A stretch of 63,388 nucleotides of DNA, filler included, from Globobulimina sp. (lineage: Eukaryota): NCBI GenBank assembly GCA_003354225.1. It is 22 parts of 22 records of this genome, joined end to end, with 100 filler letters (N's around TTAATTAATTAA, not from the genome) between each part and the next. Parts side by side here need not be neighbours in the genome. Positions count along the whole stretch, not along the records: positions 20,211 to 22,997 come from PIVH01004892.1; positions 23,098 to 25,884 come from PIVH01004893.1; positions 25,985 to 28,771 come from PIVH01004894.1; positions 28,872 to 31,657 come from PIVH01004895.1; positions 31,758 to 34,543 come from PIVH01004896.1; 17 more parts are not named here. One strand, 5' to 3'. The notes below the pieces were generated by a model, which had not been told where the DNA came from, searched no databases, and worked only from the letters and a program-made list of their open reading frames with translations. Both the position numbers and the translations under genes were made by a program. Positions 22,849-34,643 of this stretch are shown piece after piece; positions within the stretch are counted from its first letter, which is position 1, and each line of letters opens with the position of its first letter.

Positions 22849-22997
22849 ACATCTCAAAAATCGCAAAATCGCAAAAATCGCAAAAATCGCAGACCTATAT
22901 ATCCATCTCAAAAATCGCAAAATCGCAAAAATCGCAGAAATCGCAAATGTATATATGCGTTTTTGCGATTTCCATATCCATCTCAAAAATCGCAAAA
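22849..22997 (+). repeat. Nested tandem repeat: CATCTC followed by (AAAA(A)TCGC)n, three blocks
   Basis: catctcaaaaatcgcaaaatcgcaaaaatcgca recurs and runs off the contig end; one inverted copy (ttttgcgattt) near 22960. Confidence 0.85.
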
Positions 22998-23585
22998 NNN
23001 NNNNNNNNNNNNNNNNNNNNNNNNNNNNNNNNNNNNNNNNNTTAATTAATTAANNNNNNNNNNNNNNNNNNNNNNNNNNNNNNNNNNNNNNNNNNNNGAA
23101 CGTACGATTTTCGATTTAAAGTAAACTAACTAACTCAAAAACGATTATTTTGTATACGCTCTGTCATATTCAATACCGTGATGATTTCAGGAGACCGTGA
23201 AATATCAAGAATATTAAAATGATTGTTCTCTCAATAATATTCTCCATTGTAAAGACTTCTAGAAATGGCAGAGGATTGAACTCTGCTAAATACCAAACAT
23301 TTCACAACACGTTTCTGTTCTAACGTCTTTCGGGTAAAAATCCGAGAACAAAGTGTTAGAAACCTTATTCTCAGAATTGATCGAATCTGATTAAATTATA
23401 GAAACGATAACTATCGAAACTAAGAATTCAATATAGAAACGATCACCTTCCCGTGTGACCCTGAGTGTTGTGAAATTCTTTTTGATGTTACTAAAAAATC
23501 TTTACTGTGTCGAAGTGTGGTGATGGTACTTTTGTGTCAAGCAACAAACTTTATTGTGTCTAAAACTACAGTGATTGATAAGTTA

Positions 23586-24914
23586 TTAAATGTTTCCATT
23601 TTGTGCAAATAATTGATTGCATACTTTACTGTCCCATAAATTAAAGGCAACCAAGCGACTATCACTCTTATCTATATTGACGGAATTTGGTCTATTACGC
23701 CCATGAATCATCTCAAATGGGATAATCCTCAAATCACGAATGGTAAACATTATATATCGATTAGAGACATGTGGTAAGTTCTTAATTGACCATACAACAT
23801 ATCTCAAGACCTTTAACAAATCAATATCTTGTTGTCTGCTCAAGGAAGTGGCTCCGATACGAATGCTATATGGTGGATATGATGCTGGTTTTGATAAATG
23901 CATAGCTTTGGCAAAATCCTTCATAATTTCAGTTAATTTTGAAGGTCTCCATATTACACCATTGATGCCAACAAATACATAATTAAAATGGTAAGTATTT
24001 AAATTTTGTATCTGTTTTTCTAAAGCTTTAGTTCGCGATTTGCCACTTATGTTTCCCCGTTTTTGTAATAAATTCCTATGTAAAATGCGTCTCCTCTTTA
24101 AAAGAATGTTGTACATTTTGAAGAAATCCAAATATCTACAATGACAAACTTTTACTTTATCACAAATCGGGGTTGTCATATAAATCAATTTAGGTTCATC
24201 ACGAAACTCTTGGTTCTTGTACCAGTTAATTACAATTTTGAGTTATCTCCCATTGTAAGATTTCGTAATGTTATGTATTGTGATATCTCCCCAACGTAAT
24301 CCTGTTGTGATTATCTCCCATGCTGCGTCTTCTGTGCTGTCAGTAAATAATAATAAAAGAGCAATCGTTAACTTATTCAATGGACACGTTTCCCAGGTTA
24401 CGGGGGTAACGTTCAAATATATTAAATATTTAACAATCCATTTCAATCTAATTGGTAAACGTTCTGCTCTCGATTTGGAGTATAATTTGACCATCGTACC
24501 ATGAATAGTTGTATAGAAATCATTTTCATAGTATCTTGGTGTGCCACCACACGATCTGACCCACCAAGATAAAGCTGCAGACCACGTTGAGTGCGAATTG
24601 CAAGATCCCAATCTTAGACATCGATCATATTGCCAATAAATAGCTGTTCGTGGATCAATTTGTTTGCGGAAGGGATCTTTTCCTCGTTCAATACAATAAC
24701 CCCACCAATCTTTCAAAACTGACACATAATTCGTTTTTGTAGTAATTCTCCTGCTCCTAAATAAATCCGTCATCATTCTTTTTGTAGTTATAGGATCTGA
24801 ATCTCCCATAGGATCGGACCAGAAGGTCCTGGCTGTCATCGCTGTACATAGTAAAAGCGTGTTGTAAACGTTTCTGAAAAAGTTGCGAGGGAAAATAAAA
24901 CAGTTTGTAAACAA
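23586..24914 (-). mobile_element. Degenerate tyrosine recombinase of a DIRS/Ngaro/Crypton-like element
   Basis: Two same-frame ORFs split by one TAA at 24243-24245. N-terminal core-binding domain (SRRITTKTNY..LKDWWGYC), LRWGDI, YKN, YSIRIGATS (HxxR-like), W...RY. The first catalytic Arg box is missing. Confidence 0.8.
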
Positions 24915-25033
24915 AAAACTTTGAGTGTCTTAAAGTCGGCTTAGTTTCATAGGGAACTAGGAAACAAGTCACAGTCTTATACAATTAGTCATTAATATTA
25001 TATAATAGTTTTAAATGTGAATAGTAATCCAAT

Positions 25034-25558
25034 TCAGTTGGATGCGATATTGAATTTGTAAATTGAACGTTTCTGTTTCTGTTTCGGTTTGTTTTGCTTC
25101 TTTGTTTTGGTGACCATTCCCTTTTTGGTGGTTTCTGTGTCATAGTTATCGTTATCTGGCATATTGACATCGTTATCCTGCGGTTTGTTATCGTTTGCAG
25201 CTTTTTTAGATGTTTTGGATTCATTTTCAACGGTTTGGTCCTCTTTGTGTTCTGGTTGGTCGTTGTCGGAATCATTGTGATCGTTTGTTGATTTTATGAG
25301 TATTTCAGTCATTTTGTACTGATCTTTTAATAGGAAAAATATATATCGTTCCAAAGCGGCACCAAACTCTTCATATTTTTTTTGCGATGGAAAACGACCA
25401 ACTCGTTCGTCGTTTGTAATGGAGCGACATTCACCTTTTTTATTAAAATAATAACCAAATTCGCGTAGCTCATCCTGGCCTTTATTGGGATCGATCTCAA
25501 AGTCCAGTTCAATGTCAACGGAGTCGACATTACTTTTAAAATTCCCGGTATTACCCAT
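25034..25558 (-). CDS. FAM172A/Arb2-like N-terminal region, truncated
   Basis: LREFGYYFNKKGECRSI...QKKYEEFGAALERYIFFLL resembles FAM172A (LEGFEYAFNEKGQLRHI...QKRYEALGE); the downstream alpha/beta domain is absent. Confidence 0.6.
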   Translation of the reverse strand: MGNTGNFKSNVDSVDIELDFEIDPNKGQDELREFGYYFNKKGECRSITNDERVGRFPSQKKYEEFGAALERYIFFLLKDQYKMTEILIKSTNDHNDSDNDQPEHKEDQTVENESKTSKKAANDNKPQDNDVNMPDNDNYDTETTKKGMVTKTKKQNKPKQKQKRSIYKFNIASN

Positions 25559-25984
25559 TGTGAATAGTAAGAATGTAATCAGACAAACTACGATGCTGCA
25601 AAATAAAAAATGATCTGTTTGCATAAAAACTCTACTTCAAATTTTACACATTTTCCATCATTTTTTTTCGATGAACTAAGCCTATATTGGGCCGAAACTA
25701 TAGTTTTTAATTTAATTAAACACATTCAAAAATTCACGTCATTACAATCACACAAGGGATTTATTAAATATGTCATGGAAACATGAACATATAATAACAC
25801 ATAGCTGATGTATAAATAATTAAAAGATTACAATACTCGCGGAATATAATAATGGGTATAGTAAATATATAATATATAAAAAAANNNNNNNNNNNNNNNN
25901 NNNNNNNNNNNNNNNNNNNNNNNNNNNNTTAATTAATTAANNNNNNNNNNNNNNNNNNNNNNNNNNNNNNNNNNNNNNNNNNNN

Positions 25985-27011
25985 TTAAGTAAATACATAA
26001 CATTTCGAAAAATATTGCCAGAGCAAATAAACATTTATACATTACTTCCATTCGATAGTCATCGCCAACAATAATCGGTGCCAACACAAATAAACATTGA
26101 TATAACACAATAGCAATTATCCCCAACATTGAATTTTTAACAATGGTTGACACCAAATATTTTTGTCTCTCATTTAATTCAACAATATTTGCAAAATAAG
26201 CGTGTTTGGATTTAGATTTAGTTTTCGATTTCGATCTGGAATAATCAACCGCAAAATTGTCATAATTTGCAGCATTAAATGAGTTGAATGATAATGACGA
26301 TGTTATCCTTTTGTCGTTAAAAATATGTATGGACCGCCTTTGAGATAATGCTAATTTGAATAATTTGTTTACAAACAGTGCAATTAATGAAAAACCGTAC
26401 AAACAGCTTGAGCCTAAAATGGAGGACAGAATGATAGCCAGAAACAACTTCCTCCCAATTTTGTCAATGTATAATGAGCGACAAAACCACAGCATCCAGG
26501 CCAGAAACAACACAACGAACAAAATTTGAAAAAAGTACATTGTTATTGTAGATAATCCATATATTGTTGCTGTAAACGTTTGATACAGTCTTAATAGTCA
26601 GAAACAATAGAAATATTTATCAATATTTTTCAGATACGGACATGTTTTCTGACATGCAAAGAGTATACAGATACGGTACCTTAATGTCATTAGCAGGTAA
26701 AATGATAACTGCGCCAACATCAACATAACATATGAAATTATGCGATTTATGGCGGCAATGTTGACTCCTTTATCTGGATAAAATACAGCAAAGTATGCTA
26801 AATAAAATACAGAGTGTATTGTGGATATAAATCGTATCGATTTATAAATAGTTTGTTCGGGTTTGCCAAACCAAAGTTTATATATTGTCAATGATAGAAA
26901 GATTGTCGTATATAACAATGTGAAAACATAGATTCCGATGTCAAATTTATACACTCGCTCTATATTCATGGTTTCTGTAAACCAATCCGAGTATGTATTG
27001 CCCATTGCCAA
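25985..27011 (-). CDS. Multi-pass (7TM-like) membrane protein, intron-containing, 3' truncated
   Basis: Two consecutive hydrophobic ORFs (26598-27011 and 25929-26540) separated by an intron-like AT-rich stretch. Confidence 0.6.
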
Positions 27012-27147
27012 TCCAAAATAATCCGAAGTGATCGCTTCCGGTTTTTAGTCAGCACAAAAAAAAAACTTTACATGAAAAGCACACTGTAGCTAATAATCTT
27101 CGCCAGTCAAAAGCACAAAGCACAAATTCTAAACTCTCAACCGCAAT

Positions 27148-27868
27148 ATGATGGCAACCAAAAAGGTGTTGTTAAAGATAATAATCTTAGGCGAATCAGG
27201 TGTGGGTAAAACCGCGTTGTTACACAAATATGTGATGAACAAATTCATTGAAGAGCATAAGGCCACCATCGGCGCAGATTTCTTAACTAAAGACATCACC
27301 ATCGGTGACAAATTAATCACGTTGCAAATATGGGACACCGCCGGCCAGGAAAGGTTCCAATCGTTAGGCAATGCCTTTTATCGTGGTGCAGATTGCTGTG
27401 TGTTGGTATATGACATAACCAATCAACAAACATTCGAGAAAATCGATGAATGGAAAACTAATTTCTTAGAGCAATCAGGCACAGAAACACCTGAAAAATT
27501 CCCCTTCTTATTGTTAGGGAATAAATACGATTTATCGAGTAATCAAAGACAAGTCGACATGAATAATGCAAAAGAATATGGACAGCGAAATAATATGATT
27601 TTTTATGAAACTTCGGCTGTCAATGGACATAATATCGAACAGGCAATCAGAGCGATATCGGACAGAGCCTCTGAAATGGAGTCAGCACCGTATGTTTGTA
27701 TGAAATATGCACAAAAAGCACACTGTACAATGATATATATATATATATATGTTAATAAACAGCATATTTAATACAGAGATTATTAGACATGAAGATTTGG
27801 ACGATTTCAATGACGAAGATACTGCACAAGGTCAGCAAGATGGTCAATGCGCTTGTATGTTGTTATGA
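27148..27868 (+). CDS. RAB7: Rab7 GTPase, 215 aa; intron 27690-27762
   Basis: KKVLLKIIILGESGVGKT, KATIGADFLTK, LQIWDTAGQERFQSLG.AFYRGADCCVLVYD, GNKYD, ETSA; spliced tail ...DGQCACMLL*. Confidence 0.95.
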
Positions 27869-28239
27869 ATTTTGATACGATAATGACTGTTTTTTTTGTT
27901 TTTCGATGGATTTTGCTCAGTTTTTTTTTGTTGTGTTCTGTTAATTTGTTTGATTATTTGTGTTTATTTGGATGCATATGGTTCACTTTTTGGTGGAGTT
28001 TCTTGACGGTTTTATCCTTGCACTTCTGATAAGTGTTTTTGTTAATTTACAAAGTCTCTCAAAAAGTGTTTGAAGTGTAACTAGCATCAAACAATCATGT
28101 CAACCACTTTTGTATCGAAGCCACATTGACAACAATCACATATTAAATACTTGATATTACAATTACATCACACACAGACACAGTGAACAACATTGCTTCA
28201 TGGTTATTTACAATAATATGTTTATTTTGATTTTTATAA

Positions 28240-28771
28240 TTATAATACAACACAATTGCAACATTTCAAATGAATCGATTTGTCATTAACAACGCTATAA
28301 ATATTGTTAGAACCTTTAACGTATACATTCATCAGACCTAACTTCCCCAAACGGTCATCATCATCCAAAAGAGATTCGTATGCTTTCTCATCCAAACCAC
28401 CATCATCGTCCCCACGGTACACATTTATATCCACATTTCCAGTGCCAAACAGTCGCTCCATATTTTCAGATTTGTGTAATAAATTTATCAATGCACGAAT
28501 GGAACAGCTTTTATTTAAATACACAGCAATGTGCTGTTTATGCGAATTGACTTCGACAAATACATTCATCCAAATCTATTGACAAATATTGTTTAATATA
28601 ATACGTTGCCTGCACATATAATACATACAATATATCGATACTTAACATGTGATTTAACAGAAAATGGCATTTGTTTTATCACCAATTTGCCTCTCGGCGA
28701 CCTATATTCAGTAATTTCATCCTCTTCAATAATTTGCAAAACGTTTTCTTGATTTCGAGAGCCAGACTCAA
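28240..28771 (-). CDS. C-terminal part of a protein with a ubiquitin-like fold and CaaX tail (CCNCVVL)
   Basis: beta-beta-alpha pattern ...LLDDDDRLGKLGL; terminal CVVL; upstream exon runs to the contig end. Confidence 0.45.
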
Positions 28772-28871
28772 NNNNNNNNNNNNNNNNNNNNNNNNNNNNN
28801 NNNNNNNNNNNNNNNTTAATTAATTAANNNNNNNNNNNNNNNNNNNNNNNNNNNNNNNNNNNNNNNNNNNN

Positions 28872-30090
28872 GTTGCTTTAGTTGGAGGCTTAGTTGGTTG
28901 GTTCACCACAGTCAGTAACTGCTCCACGCTGTTAATCGCAGTCTGTTGTTGTGTCTCTTCACTTGCAACATCCTCATTATTTTCCACGTCATTTTCGTGT
29001 TCTTGATTTGACGTTTTTGGTCGCAATTCCTTTTCCTCATTATTTTGCATTTTGGCCACATTATTTTTGGCGTCAATTGCATTTTTTGATTGGTGTTTGT
29101 GGCGAGCGGCAGCAAAACAATTATCAATCAACATCTGTTGCATTAATTTATTTCGAGTTAATAGGAATTTCGGTCGTGAGGAAGCAGAGGAATACGGCGG
29201 TTTTTTTGGTTTTGGCGGCTGTGGAGTCAGCTCGCTTTTGTTTGTTCTCTTTGGATAATTTGTATAATCGTCGGGGTTGCCGTTGGACGGTGCTTTGTAT
29301 GGAGGTGCTGACGATACGGAGGAGGATCTTTTGAGTCTTTTGTTTAGTCTTCGTTTCGAATAATTTGTATAATTTGTATAACTCGAATAATCTACATTGC
29401 TTTGTATAACTCGGTGAGGATGTTCTTGATATGTTGTTGTGCGATTTAGAGGCGCTTTGTATGGCGGTGTAGATGGCAACGACGCAGACGCAGATTTTCG
29501 TCGCTTGAGTCGAGCTACACTTTTGGAGTAATTGGCGTAGGAATAATTTGCATAATCACCAGTTGCTGGGTATGCAGAAGCTTGTGGGTTATTATATGCT
29601 GACGCACGGTTTGGACTTTCAGAGTATAATGCTCGGCTTTCGCGTTTATTGTAGGTGGAGTCGCGACTTGCTCGTTTGTTGTATGATGGATTATACCATG
29701 AAGACAGGATGTATGGCGGACTGCTCCTATCTCGATCGTTGCTGATAATGTGTTGGATCAGTGGATAGGATGATGATGCGCGAGGGGTACCATTCGTTGA
29801 TGAAGCATAATGGTATGGTACTATTTGAGTAGGTTGGCCACTTACGGGAACCAAGCGATATTGTCCTCGTTTAAATCTACGTTTGGCTATCTGAGCGTAG
29901 GTAGGAGGTTGATTTCGATTTTGCATCTGTTGTTTATGTTGCTGATATTTGGCTGCTCTCAAAATTTGCAAAAACTTTTTTTCATGATTTTTCAGACAAA
30001 AACACTTAAGAGGTCGCGTAAACGTTGTGCAGAAAGTTAGACAGACAAATTGATGGATTTGCAATACAAAAACACTGTATAACACCGACA
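28872..30090 (-). CDS. Low-complexity Ser/Tyr/Pro/Arg-rich protein with internal repeats
   Basis: Long ORF with repeated DYxNYxNYSK...RLKR...PPYKAP units; start uncertain. Confidence 0.5.
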
Positions 30091-30545
30091 TGATTATTGA
30101 AACATGGCAACTGAACTGTTTACATTTATGTATACAATGACGGAAATTAAACAGAATGTACATGTTTGTTTTTGTGGTAATTATTCAAAGATAATATAAC
30201 CAATATTTACGGAAATATATTAGCAAATATAAACACAATTTATTTACATGTGACATACCACCAAAATAAAATTCCTGTGGTTTATGTCAAACCCAACAAA
30301 CCATAAAGCAAACACCAAATAAATAGAACACCCATATTTCATAAATCTGGTTCATATTCCTTTGAATATTTACGGCCACAAAAAGCAAAGCGTGTACGAT
30401 AGCTAGTTTGCGTTTCGCTGCAAACCGCACAGTATGATAAGAGAAATGTAGATCATTACCATATGTATCTACGCTGTTAGTGGCCTTTTGGAGCCATTTG
30501 ATTAGACTGTCAACAAAGTTTTCAGCTATATTTGTATAGTAAATC

Positions 30546-31657
30546 ATGGGCGGAACAAGTGGCTGTTGCGTAAAAAATCCAAATTCAGACAATAAACTAG
30601 ATAACGCAGCACAACAGCATGGTTACGCAATTCGTACCTTATCCAACAATGAAGAACACGAAGCTATACTCAACGAACAACGGGACAGAAACAATGTGAC
30701 GCAAAATGCAGAACAAAACCAACAAAGACACATAACAAATATACCCCTGACAGAGTCCGCGATCGTTGCTGATAATGAACGTGGAATATTAAGACGCGAG
30801 TCCTGCGAAGATGAGACAAAATATTCAGTATCATCGGCTAAAAAAAGGAAACCTAATTATAAGAAAAAGAGGAAAAAAGCAAAAAATAAATTGATATCAG
30901 AGTTGCGAGGCTGTATAATGGAATTTAATGCTTCGATGAAAAGTATCTCTTTGTTGGAATTAATGAGCACAGAAAATGCAATGAATGAATACAATCAAAA
31001 TGAACTGTTGGATCGTGCAGAAATATGCAGATATTTTAAGAATAAAAAATATGACATTCAGTGGTTTTTATGTACGAAAAGAAATAAGTTCATAATTATT
31101 GTGGTGAATAAATGGCCAAATATCAGCATATTGACTACCATTAAAATATATAATATGTTACAAGAGAAAATACATAAAATAACACCATCTGTTTCTAAAT
31201 CTGCATTGAATTTAGTCACCACACTCAATTCAAAGGTGTGTTGTTAATATTATGTTAATTACAAATTAATTTGATTTATATGCATTGTATATATTTAATT
31301 TCAGAGTGTGACAAAACGGACAAATTCGAATTCATCGCGGAAACATCAGGAAAATATAATGTTTACATGGAAAGATAATGTGCATGATATTGATGATTGT
31401 GATGTTAATCATTTCTTATACATTGTATCGGTGGTCATTAAAAATGCAAACAGAGAGAGATTACAAAATAATTCGTTGTTTAAGGTAAGTTTTCGTTGTG
31501 AAAAGTTTTTTTTTTTACTACACGCATGCAATGGCTTCGAAGCAAAGGATTTGCTTTGAATCCATTCCGTTACACTATTAGAGTTAGTGCATTTAAGTGA
31601 AAAGAAAGTAAAATCGATAATTCAGTTGATTTTATCCGTCTACAATCAATATTTAAC
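30546..31657 (+). CDS. Multi-exon hypothetical protein with myristoylation/palmitoylation-type N-terminus
   Basis: MGGTSGCC start; intron about 31236-31304; runs to the contig end. Confidence 0.55.
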
Positions 31658-31757
31658 NNNNNNNNNNNNNNNNNNNNNNNNNNNNNNNNNNNNNNNNNNN
31701 NTTAATTAATTAANNNNNNNNNNNNNNNNNNNNNNNNNNNNNNNNNNNNNNNNNNNN

Positions 31758-32159
31758 AAATTTATTTTTGCAGAGAATTACTTTATGTCTCATGTAGTGA
31801 TTGTCAGTAAATCGTTTGACGGCGAAATCAAATGTTATTTTGACGGGCGCATTGTGTGTAAGAAAAATATAAATGAGTTGGTTGCGGATATGCATGTAAA
31901 CCGCGCCAAATTGTGTACGAATATATTGAGTAATGGGGACATATTAATTGCTCATAAACCAGGCAACAAAAAGGGTAAAGTGCATGGCTTATTTCATGGC
32001 TATTTATATGGAATATCGTTGCATGCGCTGTGCTTTCAACCCTTTGAATTGAATACTTTGTATAGGCAGTTATGTGTGCATAGGGACTTACATGTTCGTT
32101 CTGTATGGTTTCGGAACAAAAACGAATTATCCAAACAAATGTATAAACAATTTTTGTAA
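31758..32159 (+). CDS. C-terminal LamG/concanavalin-like domain
   Basis: HVVIV...IKCYFDG...ILIA...FHGYLYGISL...ELNTLY pattern. Confidence 0.5.
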   Translation, partial: KFIFAENYFMSHVVIVSKSFDGEIKCYFDGRIVCKKNINELVADMHVNRAKLCTNILSNGDILIAHKPGNKKGKVHGLFHGYLYGISLHALCFQPFELNTLYRQLCVHRDLHVRSVWFRNKNELSKQMYKQFL

Positions 32160-32307
32160 CGCTTTCTCTGTTTTTATTATTATATTTCTTTTCTGCTTTT
32201 GATTTGTGCAACTTTTTCTATTGGTTGCTTGGTTGTATTTGTTGTAGCAAATGTTGAATTTATGTATGTGGAAAAAAAACAAGCTAGGCAGTTTTGCAAA
32301 GTGCACC

Positions 32308-33009
32308 ATGGCAGAACAGACAATTAGTTTTAACCCTGGTCCAATGAATGCGAGCAACAAAAAACCACAAAAAATACAATATTTTTCAGCACCACCAAAG
32401 AAACCGCAGCCAGCGTCAAAACGAGAAGAATATGTAAAGAAATCAAAGGAGATAAATAAAGATGACAATAGCAATAATAACGATGATAATAAAATGAACG
32501 ATAATTATCAAACTGACCAACAAAATATTCAGCAGAATCAGACGGGAAATAACCAACAAAATAATCAGATGGTAAATAATTATGCAAATAATCAACAAAA
32601 TAATCAACAGAATAATAATATGAATCGATATGCAAATAATCAACAGAATAATCAACAGAATAATCAACAAAATAACATGGCGATGAATAATAATAATAAT
32701 GCACAGAATAATATGGGTGGCAATAATATGGGCAATTATGGTGTTGGTGTAACGTGAGATGAGGAAGGCTCGTCCGCAGAGAAGACGCGTACTCTCATTC
32801 AGGCAGCAATCCAATCGGTAATGAATCAGAGCGGAGGGAATCCGAAACCAGAAGACATCTCAACTGCATTGCGTAATGTTGGCTTCATGGCATTTATTTT
32901 CAATGGCGGGCATGGCTTTTGGTGGAATTTTGAGTGTGAATGGAGTGAGTGGAGCTTCAATGATGAGTGTTACCGTATTGTTGTATGGAAACCCTCGCAA
33001 AATAATTAA
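32308..33009 (+). CDS. Q/N-rich protein with C-terminal dynein-light-chain-like domain, interrupted by an in-frame TGA at 32755-32757
   Basis: ORFs 32251-32757 and 32821-33009 share a frame with an open linker: GVGVT*DEEGSSAEKTRTLIQAAIQSV...EDISTALR...GHGFWW...YRIVVWK. Confidence 0.5.
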
Positions 33010-33145
33010 CTAAAACATACTAACTGTAAATATATTTTTGTTGTTCTAAATCAAGCCTCCGAAACTCTAAGAAATCAAGCCTCGCACATTAAAAACATTC
33101 AGGTTTTCCAACGCTCGCTCGCACATTAATTAATGTCAGTTAATA

Positions 33146-34467
33146 ATGGGAGTTGGAGAACGTTTTCTTATAATTGCGTATATCATAATACAAGTCAGCA
33201 TATCATTATTTGTGTCAATATTGGGTGCAATCCATGTCAAGAGAAGTAATATTGAATCCAAAGTATCCACACAAGTCACCCTAAGTGACGATCATACAGG
33301 TTTGCTCTCTAACTCTTTTCTTTAAAATATGAATTTATGCAATGACCCAGTACATATTTTACATATGTTGCATAATTACATATTTTAAAGAACAGAGATT
33401 TTTTGATGGCCCCTTTTTACAATTATACGATAGATAAACCTGATAAGGGATTTTGTGAGTTATGGGCACGAACTGTATGGAAAATGAAAGGGATTTATGG
33501 TGCATTGGCAGTTCATTCCTTTGATGTATTGACTGACATATTGGTCATTAGAGATTGGTGGAACACACCAAATATAGATGGCGACAATGTCAATCCTCAA
33601 ACAATGGCGTTTGCTGCAATTTCAGTGCTGCTATTTTCTAGAATCATATCAACGATTGGCATATATGTAAAAGATGGCAGCTTTACTCGTTCAATTCTTC
33701 AATTTTGGGATTTATTAATCTTCATCGAAATCTATGAAGCTCATAACAAGGTCGTATCGCAAATCCGGAAAAAGCATTTGGATCAGAAAGCTCATAACAT
33801 AGAGTCCACGCTGTCATTCAAGTATGTGCGTAATTTTGAGGCTGTATTTGAATCCATTCCTCAGTCTATATTGCAGTTAGTATATGTGATGAGAACCGGA
33901 CAAATTGAATTTATATTCATCCTCTCCATCGTACAAGCAATAGTATCAATGACTAACTCCATATTAAACAATGACTATACGCAAATGCAGGATGATAAAT
34001 GGAAGAAATACAAACAGCGATTGCCGCCAACTTTGCAATGTTTCCAACACAGTTTGTTACGTTTCTGCGAAGTGGCACATAGAATTGGCTTATTAGCGCT
34101 ATTCTGGACTGTATGCGGAGGGGTTACATTTACTTTTTTATTACTTTTTGAAATGGTTATAATCAGTTTGCGAATGTATATCATATTCAAAATAATGCAG
34201 CAAGGACAATTGGACGCTATTGCTGTGATATTGAATCTGAATTCATTGATTGTGGTCCCATCTGAGGAGTTTTATGCGTATGGACAAGGCACTTGGTATC
34301 AGACTATGATGTGCAGCGACGGAGAGGAGTGCATTGCACATTGCATTTACAACCTTTGTTGCTGTCTGGGCTTCTGTGGCTTTGTTGCTTCATTCAAAAA
34401 TATCATTACTTGTAAAGAACCTGTGCTAAGGATTTTTTTTTTTAGAATGACTTTCTCAAAACAGTAG
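33146..34467 (+). CDS. XK-related-like multi-pass membrane protein, intron near 33300-33433
   Basis: FDVLTDILVI..W and FEAVFESIPQSILQLVYV are XK-family hallmark segments. Confidence 0.7.
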
Positions 34468-34643
34468 ACCATTTCTTGCCATTGCTCAGAATTTCTAGAA
34501 AGCCTGTATCAAGCAACGATTTTCAGCTTGATTTTTTTTTCACNNNNNNNNNNNNNNNNNNNNNNNNNNNNNNNNNNNNNNNNNNNNTTAATTAATTAAN
34601 NNNNNNNNNNNNNNNNNNNNNNNNNNNNNNNNNNNNNNNNNNN

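Noticed and set aside
31557-31559. Apparent third in-frame TGA (DLL*IHSVTLLEL)
   Set aside because: An alternative GT-AG intron (about 31489-31581) removes it in frame.
33010-33145. Possible SECIS element after the TGA-interrupted gene
   Set aside because: No RTGA/GA quartet or convincing stem; only short direct repeats (aaatcaagcctc, ctcgcacatta).
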